Shown here: positions 27,020 through 36,020 of the stretch, in pieces | Numbering within the stretch: position 1 is the stretch's first letter | Layout: every line of letters begins with the position of its first letter | Assembly (NCBI GenBank): GCA_946631345.1 | Contig: CAMPAA010000001.1 | Span: forward strand, 1-43,005 | Length of the DNA stretch: 43,005 bases | Source of the DNA: an uncultured Verrucomicrobiota bacterium | GTDB taxonomy: Bacteria; Verrucomicrobiota; Kiritimatiellia; RFP12; UBA1067 | Reading direction: 5' to 3' | The notes under the pieces: generated by a model | Database searches by the model: none | Told to the model about the DNA's origin: nothing | What the model saw: only the letters and a program-made list of their open reading frames with translations | Program-made: the position numbers and the translations under genes

Positions 27020-27484
27020 ATGACCATGGCGGAAAGACTAGTGCAAAGGCTGACGGAGAAGGGGATGACCTGTGCGACGGCTGAGTCGTGCACCGGCGGC
27101 GGAGTCGGCAGCGCAATAACAGGCGTCGCAGGGTCAAGCGCCGTGTTCTGGGGTGGCGTAATCAGCTACGACAATTCTGTCAAGCGGGACGTGCTTGGCG
27201 TGCCGGAGGATGTGCTTGAGAGGCGTGGAGCGGTATCTGCGGAATGTGCGGCGGCGATGGCGGCCGGTGCGCGGCGTTTGATGAAGACCGATCTTGCGGT
27301 GTCGCTCACCGGAATCGCCGGGCCTGGCGGAGGGAGCGCGGAAAAGCCCGTTGGACTTGTGTGGTTCGGGTTGGCCACGGTGGTAGGCGTATCCACGGAG
27401 AGCCGCGTATTCCCGGGAGACCGCGCGGCCGTTCGCGCGGCGGCTGTCGAACACGCCCTCACGCTGCTGCTCTCCGCGACGTAG
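27020..27484 (+). CDS. CinA C-terminal domain / nicotinamide-nucleotide amidohydrolase (PncC-like)
   Basis: Hallmark TAESCTGG motif, plus GVISY and GIAGPGGG. A GGAGG RBS at 27009-27013 favours ATG 27020. Confidence 0.85.
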   Translation: MTMAERLVQRLTEKGMTCATAESCTGGGVGSAITGVAGSSAVFWGGVISYDNSVKRDVLGVPEDVLERRGAVSAECAAAMAAGARRLMKTDLAVSLTGIAGPGGGSAEKPVGLVWFGLATVVGVSTESRVFPGDRAAVRAAAVEHALTLLLSAT

Positions 27485-27703
27485 GGCGACAATGGTTGGT
27501 CGATCTGGACGGGCCGTACGACGGGGAGAAAGAATCTTGCCAGGTGGAACAGGCGTTTTTGAGCAGGCCCCAAACGGTGGCCTGCGGAAGCCCCCGTGAG
27601 CCGAGGCGAGTGCGCAGCTGCCCGGCGTGGGTTCGCCTCACCAGCCATTTTTCAGAATGGGGATAGGCCAGGCCAAAATTCAGTTTAATTTTTTCTTCAG
27701 CCA

Positions 27704-27712
27704 TGATATAAT
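27704..27712 (+). promoter_or_regulatory. Extended -10 promoter element (TGATATAAT), 6 nt upstream of ATG 27719
   Basis: Perfect TGnTATAAT in an AT-rich intergenic patch. Confidence 0.45.
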
Positions 27713-27718
27713 ATTTCC

Positions 27719-27841
27719 ATGAATTCAGACCCGCATGATTTTCAACCAGGTGATATGACGCTTTATGTGTTCATGGGAATTCTCATTGTCGTATCCATCC
27801 TTATCATCAAGTTCGACGTGCTTACATGGTTCATTCATTGA
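27719..27841 (+). CDS. Candidate 40-aa hydrophobic peptide (MNSDPHDFQPGDMTLYVFMGILIVVSILIIKFDVLTWFIH)
   Basis: Hand-translated, because it falls below the ORF-track cutoff. One TM-like segment. It would be leaderless from the 27704 promoter. It lies fully antisense to the 3' end of the 27725-28021 ORF, so only one of the two may be real. Confidence 0.3.
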   Translation: MNSDPHDFQPGDMTLYVFMGILIVVSILIIKFDVLTWFIH

Positions 27842-28021
27842 GCCGACGGCGTTTTTTGGGGCCAGGCACACGCCAGAATCAGTGGCCATGAACAGCGCCG
27901 CCGCCACGCACGCGACGATGCCGAAAACGGCCGCCAACACAAACGGGGCCGAGTTGTCACTGCCTTTTGGGGCTTTCGCATACTGCTGTCTCATCTTTTG
28001 CGTCCTCATTAACATCCGCAT
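27725..28021 (-). CDS. Small membrane-anchored protein (98 aa), function unknown
   Basis: Start set at ATG 28021, 7 nt after TGGTACAAT on the minus strand. It has a TM segment (PFVLAAVFGIVACVAAALFMA) encoded with GC-rich third codon positions, and an acidic/His C-terminal tail. Confidence 0.5.
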   Translation of the reverse strand: MRMLMRTQKMRQQYAKAPKGSDNSAPFVLAAVFGIVACVAAALFMATDSGVCLAPKNAVGSMNEPCKHVELDDKDGYDNENSHEHIKRHITWLKIMRV

Positions 28022-28028
28022 GCGGCAT

Positions 28029-28037
28029 ATTGTACCA
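28029..28037 (-). promoter_or_regulatory. Extended -10 promoter element (TGGTACAAT on the minus strand), 7 nt upstream of ATG 28021
   Basis: Same nonamer and same spacing as the element at 4827-4835. Confidence 0.45.
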
Positions 28038-28086
28038 CAATCGGGCAATTCCATGGTGTAGCCGCAATCAAAGATGGCGCTGGATA

Positions 28087-28095
28087 TGATATAAT
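28087..28095 (+). promoter_or_regulatory. Extended -10 promoter element (TGATATAAT) upstream of rmuC
   Basis: Lies 42 nt upstream of ATG 28138. A GGAGAGGA RBS sits at 28127-28134. Confidence 0.45.
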
Positions 28096-28137
28096 CTTGG
28101 ACGTTTGGATAAGGTGTGTGCAGATGGAGAGGAATAG

Positions 28138-29247
28138 ATGACGGCAACAGTGGTGTTGGCGGCGCTGGTGGTGACATTGGCGTTAGCGTTCGTGGTGGTC
28201 ACAGTGTTCTGGCACAAGGCCAGCGCGGATAGGCTGCGCAGCGAGTTTGCGGCGCTGGCGGCGGAGAAGCTGGAGGAGAAGGCCAACGACCTTTCGGCGA
28301 AGAACGCAAGGGACGTGAAGCCGCTCTTCGATTCCCTCAGGCAGAACATCGATGACTTCAAGAAGGCTGCGGCGTCGACAATGGACGCAAACATAAGGCT
28401 CGGTGGCGAGCTGACGGCAAAGCTTGACGAGGTTGGCCGGAACGCAGCCAGTCTCGGCAGGCAGGCTGAGGACTTCATGGCGGCCCTCAAGGGCGGCAAC
28501 AAGATACAGGGGAACTGGGGAGAGGGAATTGTGCGCAACGTGCTGGAGCGCGCAGGCCTAAAGTCCCCCGACGACTTCAAGGAGCAGGAAGGCGCGCACA
28601 AGGCAGGAGTGCCGGACTTCATCGTGTCCGACGGCACCCACAGGAAGGTGGTGATCGATTCAAAGGTCAACATAGAGGCATTCCTCGCCGGCGTGCAGGC
28701 AGCCGACGAAGGCCGGCATGACGTGGCGGCGGCGAAGATGAAGGAGCACGCCAAGAGCGTCCGCATGCAGATCGCTGGCCTGGCCGGGAAACGCTACCCG
28801 CAGAAGCTCAAGGAGAACGACGCCGATACCGAATACGCCCCTGTCGTGATCATGGCGATGCCGAGCGAGGCGACATATGCCGCTGCCCTAACCGCCGATC
28901 CGGATATCGGGACGTTCGCCAACTCGCAGGGCGTGGCGCTTGCATCACCGCAGATGCTTTTCGGGTATCTCACGCTTTTCAAGCTGGGGCTCGACCGGCT
29001 GAAGGTGGACCGCAACAACCAGGATATCGCCAAGCGCGCGGAGCAGATACTGTCGCGCATGGACCAGGCGTACGTCGCGCTGGAGAAAATAGGACGGGCG
29101 CTCGATGACGCGCAGCGTCAGTACCACGAGGCGATGCGCAAGCTTGGCGGCGAGGAGGGCGCGCAAAGCATACTCGTTCCGGCGCGTGCGCTGGCCAAGC
29201 TCGCCAACACATCGGAGAAGCGCAGTTCGAGCGCGCTGCAGGGCTGA
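28138..29247 (+). CDS. rmuC: DNA recombination protein RmuC
   Basis: N-terminal TM segment, a long coiled-coil region, then GNWGEGIVRNVLERAGL and a PD-(D/E)xK-like core (PDFIV...VVIDSKV). Confidence 0.8.
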   Translation: MTATVVLAALVVTLALAFVVVTVFWHKASADRLRSEFAALAAEKLEEKANDLSAKNARDVKPLFDSLRQNIDDFKKAAASTMDANIRLGGELTAKLDEVGRNAASLGRQAEDFMAALKGGNKIQGNWGEGIVRNVLERAGLKSPDDFKEQEGAHKAGVPDFIVSDGTHRKVVIDSKVNIEAFLAGVQAADEGRHDVAAAKMKEHAKSVRMQIAGLAGKRYPQKLKENDADTEYAPVVIMAMPSEATYAAALTADPDIGTFANSQGVALASPQMLFGYLTLFKLGLDRLKVDRNNQDIAKRAEQILSRMDQAYVALEKIGRALDDAQRQYHEAMRKLGGEEGAQSILVPARALAKLANTSEKRSSSALQG

Positions 29248-29252
29248 AGACG

Positions 29253-32009
29253 ATGACGCGCACAACATACCACCTCAATCCTGAACGCAAGCTTGTTGAT
29301 GAGGTCGCCGACTGGCTCTGCCAACGTGTGCGCACCGATGCATCCGGCGCACGGTCGCTTGCACACCTGATGGTTGTGGTGCCGACGGCACAGAGCGGCC
29401 GCAGCCTGCGGTTGACGCTGGCACGGCGCGCTGCGGCTGTCGGCTGGGGCGGCATGCTGCCGCCGCTGACCGTGATGCAGAGCACGGTCCTGCAGGCGAG
29501 GGGAATGCGCATCGCCACGGAGGCGGAGGAGTTGGCCGCTATGGCGCAGGCGCTTTCCGCCGCCGACCTTTCCGAATATCCGAACCTGTTCCCAAAGGCG
29601 CCGGCGGAGCGCGGTGTCGAATGGGCGCTGGAGATGTCGCGCGCACTGCTGGACGTCTTGTCCATCCTTGGCGAGAACGCCATGATGATGTGTGAGGTGA
29701 AAAGCGCATTCGATGCGGAACGCTGGGAGGAGCTGGCGCATATCGAGGAGGCGTTCATCTCCATCCTCGCCCGGCACGGCGCTACTGCGCGCGTCCAGTC
29801 CCGGCGCAAGGCAGCCGAGACCGGGTGCAGCGAGGTGGGCATCGAGGAGATTGTTCTTCCGGCTGCGGTCGATATCCAGGGTGCGTTCATATCCTATCTT
29901 GAACACTCGCGCCAGCCGGTTTCTCTGCTTATCCACGCCGAGACTTCATCGGCTGCGATGTTCGACGAATGGGGCAGACCCAAGGTGCCGTTCTCGGCGG
30001 CGCTTAAGCCGTCCGCGATCATGCCGGCGCCGACGGCGGTCGTGGAGGCCGACGACATCGCGCGGCATTTCCGTGCGGTTGGCGACACGGAAGCTTTGCC
30101 TGCGCTGGCAGTGTGCGATGCGGAGATGTACCCCGAGCTGGAGGGGGCGTTCCAGAACCACTTCGCCGAAGACGAGCTGGCTCTGCGCAACCCGGCCAGG
30201 ACGGCGCTTGCCACGTCGCCGCTCGGACGGATCCTGGCCTGCATACTGCAGCTGGAGCGGAATGGCGACTACGAGACCTTTTCGACATTTGCGCGATCGG
30301 GAGACGTCGCCCGCTGGGCGGCGGATGCCCTTGGCGTAAGCAGGGCGGATATCGCACGGTATGTCGGCGCGCTTGACGCCGTGCAGAACGCGCACCTTCC
30401 ACGCACGATAGACGAGGTGATCCGAGGGGCCGCCGCTGAGGCCCAGACTGCCTGGGGCGAGGATGCGCGTGCGGCATCGGCTGGGCTGGTGAGGCTGGCG
30501 GAGGCCATCCGCAGTGAGATATCCGCCCCGTTCACGTTTCTGCGCAAGCTGTTCGCCGGCGTGTCGCTTGATGAGCGAAACCCGTCCGACCGCGAGCTGA
30601 TAGCTGCGGCCGAGACGGTGCGCGAACTGCGTGAGGCCTGCGCAAGCGAGCTCATACCGGAACGGATGCGCGCCACCCTCTTCGGACAGCTCCTGAAGCG
30701 CGCGTCGTACATGTTGGAGCCGCTTGCGCCGAACGTCCTGGCGACGAACGGGTGGCTGGAGATTCCGTGGTGCGCAGAGGATGAACTGGTCATAGCCGGG
30801 TTCAATGAGGGATGCGTGCCGGAGAACGTGGTCGGCCATCCATTCGTGCCAGACTCCCTGCGCGAGGCGCTCGGACTCACCACGAACGCGAAACGCGCGC
30901 TGCGCGATTCGTTCATATTCGCCGAGGCTGTCGCCTGCCGCCGGCCCGGTGCGGTGACGGTGCATCTGCATCAGATAGCGGGAGACAGGAACGTTATGAA
31001 GCCATCCCGCATCCTCTTCAACGGAATCTGCGATGACGACCTTCCAGGAGTGGCGCTGCGGCTATATGCCGTGACAAAGGGAAACGAGGGCGCACCTCCA
31101 AAGGAGCTGCCGCCAGCCTGGCGACTCGCGCTGCCGATTCCGCCGCCGGGCGTCGTTTTCCGCGAAAGGATTTCGCCGACCGCGCTCGACCAGTATCTAA
31201 AATGTCCATTCTCGTTCTATCTTCAGGAGGTGTTCGGAGAGCATGCGGACGACCGCAACCAGGAGCTGGACAACCTTGCGTTCGGCACGCTTTGCCATGC
31301 GGCGCTGGACGAGTTCGGCAAGAGCGGCGTGAAGGACTCAACGGACGCAGATGAAATCGCAGATTTCCTCGCGGATGCGGTGCGCCACCAGCTCAAGGCG
31401 TTCGGCGCAAACCTCCCCGCAATCATAGAGCTGCAGGGCGAAGCCGCAATAGAGCGGCTCGGCAACTTCGCGGTGCATCAGGCACGCCGACGCACGGAAG
31501 GATGGCGGATCATCGCATCGGAGCAGTCGCTGAGCTGCCGGATAAAGCAGTGTCCAACGCTGCTGCGCGGCAAGGTGGACCGCATCGACGAGCATGAACG
31601 CACGGGCGAGCTCGCCATCATAGACTACAAAACATGGAACCGCGCGGACGTTTCGAAAAACAGGAGCCTGCAGCTTCCGATATACCGCGCGATGGTCGAG
31701 GCGTCAGGCCTCTACGATAAGGACAAGGCGCATACGGCAAAGGCGTTCTACTGCGTGCTTGCGGAGCGCGCGGAGGATGTGATGTTCGACGAGCAGCACG
31801 CATTCCATGAGGGCGGACAGGCCGACGCCGAGACCAATGTGGTTGAGCTGCTCACAAACATGGCGAAGGGCATCTTCTATCCGCCGCAGGACACGGACTG
31901 GATGAAGGTCTATGGCCCGCTTGTGTGGGGACCGCCAGACAAGGGAATCGATCCGGCGTGGATAGCGGACCAGCAATCGCGCATGCATCATGGGGAGGTG
32001 GCGGAATGA
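29253..32009 (+). CDS. addB: AddB-like PD-(D/E)XK nuclease subunit of a helicase-nuclease complex
   Basis: C-terminal nuclease motifs (YLKCPFSFY, GKVDRID, LAIIDYKTWN). The N-terminal P-loop is degenerate (VVPTAQSGRS). An ATGA overlap joins it to the following UvrD-type helicase gene. Confidence 0.65.
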   Translation: MTRTTYHLNPERKLVDEVADWLCQRVRTDASGARSLAHLMVVVPTAQSGRSLRLTLARRAAAVGWGGMLPPLTVMQSTVLQARGMRIATEAEELAAMAQALSAADLSEYPNLFPKAPAERGVEWALEMSRALLDVLSILGENAMMMCEVKSAFDAERWEELAHIEEAFISILARHGATARVQSRRKAAETGCSEVGIEEIVLPAAVDIQGAFISYLEHSRQPVSLLIHAETSSAAMFDEWGRPKVPFSAALKPSAIMPAPTAVVEADDIARHFRAVGDTEALPALAVCDAEMYPELEGAFQNHFAEDELALRNPARTALATSPLGRILACILQLERNGDYETFSTFARSGDVARWAADALGVSRADIARYVGALDAVQNAHLPRTIDEVIRGAAAEAQTAWGEDARAASAGLVRLAEAIRSEISAPFTFLRKLFAGVSLDERNPSDRELIAAAETVRELREACASELIPERMRATLFGQLLKRASYMLEPLAPNVLATNGWLEIPWCAEDELVIAGFNEGCVPENVVGHPFVPDSLREALGLTTNAKRALRDSFIFAEAVACRRPGAVTVHLHQIAGDRNVMKPSRILFNGICDDDLPGVALRLYAVTKGNEGAPPKELPPAWRLALPIPPPGVVFRERISPTALDQYLKCPFSFYLQEVFGEHADDRNQELDNLAFGTLCHAALDEFGKSGVKDSTDADEIADFLADAVRHQLKAFGANLPAIIELQGEAAIERLGNFAVHQARRRTEGWRIIASEQSLSCRIKQCPTLLRGKVDRIDEHERTGELAIIDYKTWNRADVSKNRSLQLPIYRAMVEASGLYDKDKAHTAKAFYCVLAERAEDVMFDEQHAFHEGGQADAETNVVELLTNMAKGIFYPPQDTDWMKVYGPLVWGPPDKGIDPAWIADQQSRMHHGEVAE

Positions 32010-34939
32010 ACCTTCCTCCTCTCACGGTTATTGAGGCTTCCGCAGGTACGGGCAAGACGTTCACGCTTGTCACGCGTCTTCTGCAGCTCATCTTCGGCGG
32101 CGTTGGGCCAGAGCGGATCGTCGCGCTCACGTTCTCCAGGATGGCAGCAGGGGAGATATTCAACAGCTTCATAGAGCGGCTCGCGCGCGCGGCCTCAGAT
32201 CAGCGCACCGCCGCCGAGGAGGGCTTGCGTGTAGGACGCAGCCTTTCAGTCTCGGATTTCCGCGCGATGCTGCGCAATGTGATTGCGCGGCAGCATCTTT
32301 CGCAGATCGGCACTCTTGACAGCTTTCTCATGCGCATAGTGCGCATGATTCCTCTTGAGCTTGGACTGGAGGGTGAGGTGACGGTGATAAGCGACTTCCG
32401 CAGCCCCGTGGAGCGCACACGCCTTGTGGGGGAGATCATGATGCTCGAGTCGGAGGAGGCGAAGGAGGTCTTCCGGGAGGCGTTTCGTCTGGCGTTCGGA
32501 TGCGGCGGGGCAAAGGGATTCAGCGAGCCTTTCGCAGACTTCATCGACACGTGGCATGCGAAATACCGCGATCTGGAGGATCCGTCCGCATGGGGCCGCC
32601 GGAACGTCATATGGGGCGACGGCAATGCACCTGCCGACCTTGACGCGACGCTTGCCTCCATCCGTGCGCTGGCTCCGGAGCTGGAGCGCTACAGCAGCAT
32701 GAAAGGCGGAGATACATTCATAGATGCCGTGGCGACATTCAGCGGCAGCGTCCCCAAGACCATCCCGAAATGCATGCAGGATGAACCGTTGGCCCACGAG
32801 GCGCTCCGCAAGATGCGCGCGTGGAGGATAGCGCAGAAGTTGAACACCACGCAGGGCATATATCGGCTGATGCGCACATACGAATCGGCCTACGCCGTGA
32901 AGGTGCGCGCGCACGGGCAGATAACGTTCGACGACATGCCGCGCCTGCTGAACGCGCTGGGCGACGGAGTGAGACTCCCGCTGGAGTACCGCATGGATGC
33001 GACATTCGAGCACTGGGCTCTTGACGAGTTCCAGGATACGAGCCGCGGGCAGTGGAAAGCCCTGCAGAACCTCATAAGCGAAAGCTGCCAGCCCGGCTCC
33101 AACAAGAGCGTGTTCATCGTCGGCGACAGGAAGCAGTCGATCTACGAATGGCGTGGCGGCGACGTGAGGATTCTCGGGCGCGAGGCGGAGCTGGCCAAGA
33201 AGGACGGGAACATGCAAGCCTCGCTCACCGAATCTCGCCGCTACCTTCCGCAGATTTCGATCGCTGTGAACACCGTGTTCGGGGAGGCGACGGTGCGTGG
33301 CGCGTTCGACATGGACGGCGCGCCGGAGGGCGCCATATGGCGCTGCGAGGAGCACAGGAGCCATGACAGCTCTCCGCAGGGATTTGTGGAGGTGATACAG
33401 GCGGCCAAGGCCGGGAAGCAGGCGAAGATATCAGACTTCTTCGAGCCCATAGCCAATGCGCTCAACGCGGTGCGGCCATGGGAGCGCGGCATCTCCACGG
33501 CGATTCTCGTGCGGAAGAACGATTCGGGCGAGGCCATTCTGGCATACCTGAAATCGATATGCATCACGCAGGTGGTGTTCGAGGGAGACAGCAACGTTTC
33601 CGATTCGCCTGTGCTGGCGGCGATGGTCGAGCTCGTGCGGCTCGCAGAACATGCCGACGACGCGTATGCCTACGCCCACATCCGGCTTTCGCCACTCGCG
33701 CGGGCGCTGTACCCGGCGGGCTTGCCGCCGGCCGCCGAGCTTTCGGCGGCGCTTCTGGACGGCTTCACGCGCGTTGGCATGGTGCGCACGTTCCGCGAGG
33801 TGCGCGAGGCGCTGAAGGCCGTGCCGGAATCGTGGAACGACTTCACGGAGGCGAGGTTCGAGGACTTCATCAAGTGCGTGGCAGAGTTTGAGGAGCTGCG
33901 CGATGCTTCGATGCGCCTGTCGGACTTCATCGAATATCTCAGCCACCGCACGCGGCGCGACTATGCGGAGCCTGGCATGGTCCGCATCATGACCATGCAT
34001 CAGTCGAAGGGGTTGGGCTTCGATCATGTGATCCTTCCGCTATTTGAGCGGGAGTTGCTTACATCCGACCAGCATGCGCTCCTTCTCGAGAACGAAGATC
34101 CGCGTTGGCTGCTTGCCCATCCCGGCGTGTCGGTGGCCGATAGCGATCCTGTCCTTGGCGCTGCGGAGCGCAGGCGCAGGCAGACGCAGAGGTATGGTTC
34201 GCTCTGCCTGTACTATGTTGCCATGACGCGGGCCAAGAAGGCGCTCACCATAATCCTCCATCCGCAGAACGCCTCCAACGGGTCGGCGGCCAGGAACGCG
34301 GCTCCTGAAAGGTTCAGCGATCTTGTGAGGATGGTCGGGCTGGCAACTGCCGGAGACAGGGCCTGGTATGAGGCATCAAGGCCCTGCACGCAGACCGAGG
34401 CCGCCCCGCGAGAACCGCCGCCGCCCCGCGGGCCGAGGCAGCCGCTCCTCAAGTCGCGGCCAAGCCAGTCGTTCTACTCGGGCATGACCGGCGACAGGCT
34501 GTTCGCGGACGATTTCGGGCAGGCGGCGGAACGTGGCAAGGCTATTCACGCCGCGTACGAAAATGTGGAATGGCTCGCGCCGGGGCAGGCGCAGACTGCG
34601 CTTGAGCGCGCACTCGTAAAGCCGGAGGGCGCAGTGGCGCTCTGGCGGGAACGCCCATACGAGCTGCTGACCGGGAACGTATGGCAGTCAGGCCAGTTCG
34701 ACCGCGTGGTGTTCACGGAGCGCGGGGGCGAGCGCCACGCCGCCATCTACGATTTCAAGACCAACAAGATGCGGTGCGGAGAAACCGCTGATGGGTTCGC
34801 CGCGAGGATGCGCGAGAAGTATGCCGGACAGATGGCGCAGTACCGCGCAGCGCTCTCGGCCTTGACCGGAATACCTCCTGCACGCATCGCGCTCACCCTC
34901 CTTCTTGAGGCGACCCAAGCCGCCGTGGCGATGGAATGA
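32006..34939 (+). CDS. addA: AddA-like UvrD/Rep superfamily 1 helicase with a C-terminal PD-(D/E)XK nuclease
   Basis: Walker A EASAGTGKTF, DEFQDTS (motif II), IVGDRKQSIY, MTMHQSKGLGFD and YVAMTRAKK. The C-terminal motifs are FDRVVF...AIYDFKT. Confidence 0.75.
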   Translation: MNLPPLTVIEASAGTGKTFTLVTRLLQLIFGGVGPERIVALTFSRMAAGEIFNSFIERLARAASDQRTAAEEGLRVGRSLSVSDFRAMLRNVIARQHLSQIGTLDSFLMRIVRMIPLELGLEGEVTVISDFRSPVERTRLVGEIMMLESEEAKEVFREAFRLAFGCGGAKGFSEPFADFIDTWHAKYRDLEDPSAWGRRNVIWGDGNAPADLDATLASIRALAPELERYSSMKGGDTFIDAVATFSGSVPKTIPKCMQDEPLAHEALRKMRAWRIAQKLNTTQGIYRLMRTYESAYAVKVRAHGQITFDDMPRLLNALGDGVRLPLEYRMDATFEHWALDEFQDTSRGQWKALQNLISESCQPGSNKSVFIVGDRKQSIYEWRGGDVRILGREAELAKKDGNMQASLTESRRYLPQISIAVNTVFGEATVRGAFDMDGAPEGAIWRCEEHRSHDSSPQGFVEVIQAAKAGKQAKISDFFEPIANALNAVRPWERGISTAILVRKNDSGEAILAYLKSICITQVVFEGDSNVSDSPVLAAMVELVRLAEHADDAYAYAHIRLSPLARALYPAGLPPAAELSAALLDGFTRVGMVRTFREVREALKAVPESWNDFTEARFEDFIKCVAEFEELRDASMRLSDFIEYLSHRTRRDYAEPGMVRIMTMHQSKGLGFDHVILPLFERELLTSDQHALLLENEDPRWLLAHPGVSVADSDPVLGAAERRRRQTQRYGSLCLYYVAMTRAKKALTIILHPQNASNGSAARNAAPERFSDLVRMVGLATAGDRAWYEASRPCTQTEAAPREPPPPRGPRQPLLKSRPSQSFYSGMTGDRLFADDFGQAAERGKAIHAAYENVEWLAPGQAQTALERALVKPEGAVALWRERPYELLTGNVWQSGQFDRVVFTERGGERHAAIYDFKTNKMRCGETADGFAARMREKYAGQMAQYRAALSALTGIPPARIALTLLLEATQAAVAME

Positions 34940-35000
34940 TACATAGGATATACCTATGGGCGAAGGAAAATGTTTCCGATTGCCGATGGTTGCCGCCGCG

Positions 35001-35009
35001 TGCTATACT
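35001..35009 (+). promoter_or_regulatory. Extended -10-like element (TGCTATACT) upstream of cysK
   Basis: Intergenic, 59 nt upstream of ATG 35069. An AAAGGAG RBS lies at 35055-35061. Confidence 0.35.
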
Positions 35010-35068
35010 ACGCGGCGTTAAGGCAAAAAAGACCGAGGACTCAAGTCCAGGCCGAAAGGAGCAGAAAA

Positions 35069-35995
35069 ATGAGCAACATAGCAAAGAACGTTCTGGAGAA
35101 GATCGGCGGCACTCCGCTCGTCGAACTCTCGGACAAGGTGAACACGGGCGCTGCACGCGTTCTCGCCAAGGTTGAGTTCTTCAATCCCGGCGGTAGCGTG
35201 AAGGACCGCATCGCGCTGGCGATGGTGGAGGCCGCGGAGTCGGCCGGCACGCTTAAGCCAGGGGCTACGATAATCGAGCCGACAAGCGGCAACACAGGCG
35301 TGGGTCTGGCGCTGGTCAGCGCCGTGAAGGGCTACCACCTTGTTCTCACCATGCCCGATACGATGAGCATAGAGCGGCGCAAGCTTGCAGCCGCATACGG
35401 CGCGGAGATCGTACTCACGCCCGGGGCGGAAGGAATGAAGGGCGCAATCGCAAAGGCAAACGAGCTGCGCGACTCCACGCCAGGCGCAGTGATACTGCAG
35501 CAGTTCGAGAACCCAGCCAACCCCGCTAAGCACAATGTGACGACGGGGCCGGAGATCTGGGCCGATACCGCCGGCGCTGTGGACGCGTTCGTGGCTGGCG
35601 TTGGCACTGGCGGCACGTTGACCGGCGTGGGCAGGCACCTCAAGGCGCAGAAGCCGGCCGTCAAGGTGTTTGCGGTGGAGCCGGATACGAGTCCTGTGCT
35701 TTCCGAAGGCAAGGCGGGGCCGCACAAGATTCAGGGCATCGGCGCCGGATTCGTGCCGAAGACTCTCGACACATCCGTGTATGACGGGGTGATCAAGGTG
35801 TCGGCGGAGGATGCCGGGCGTACGGCCCGTGCGCTTGCGGCGAAGGAGGGGCTGCTCGTTGGCATCTCGTCCGGCGCAGCGGCGTTTGCGGCGCTTGAGC
35901 TGGCGAAGAAGCCGGAATGGGCCGGGAAGACGATCGTGGTGCTGCTGCCTGACACGGGCGAACGCTACCTCTCGACCTGGCTCTTCAGCGAGTGA
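35069..35995 (+). CDS. cysK: Cysteine synthase A (O-acetylserine sulfhydrylase)
   Basis: [22 protein letters not shown] (PLP-binding lysine), EPTSGNTG, and [10 protein letters not shown]. Confidence 0.9.
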   Translation: MSNIAKNVLEKIGGTPLVELSDKVNTGAARVLAKVEFFNPGGSVKDRIALAMVEAAESAGTLKPGATIIEPTSGNTGVGLALVSAVKGYHLVLTMPDTMSIERRKLAAAYGAEIVLTPGAEGMKGAIAKANELRDSTPGAVILQQFENPANPAKHNVTTGPEIWADTAGAVDAFVAGVGTGGTLTGVGRHLKAQKPAVKVFAVEPDTSPVLSEGKAGPHKIQGIGAGFVPKTLDTSVYDGVIKVSAEDAGRTARALAAKEGLLVGISSGAAAFAALELAKKPEWAGKTIVVLLPDTGERYLSTWLFSE

Positions 35996-36020
35996 CGAAT
36001 CGATTGTGGCGGAACCGCCC

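Noticed and set aside
25054-27093. 679-aa minus-strand ORF antisense to the AAA+ regulator gene
   Set aside because: Low-complexity Arg/His/Pro-rich translation. The plus-strand ORF has Walker A/B, R-finger and HTH motifs plus a strong RBS.
29946-33364. Several 150-370 aa minus-strand ORFs antisense to the addB/addA-like genes
   Set aside because: Same GC-driven shadow-ORF composition. The plus frames contain helicase and nuclease motifs.
35010-35068. The 59-nt cysK leader as a possible sulfur- or SAM-responsive riboswitch
   Set aside because: It is too short, and I see no conserved riboswitch core. There is only a small GGAC-tcaa-GTCC hairpin.
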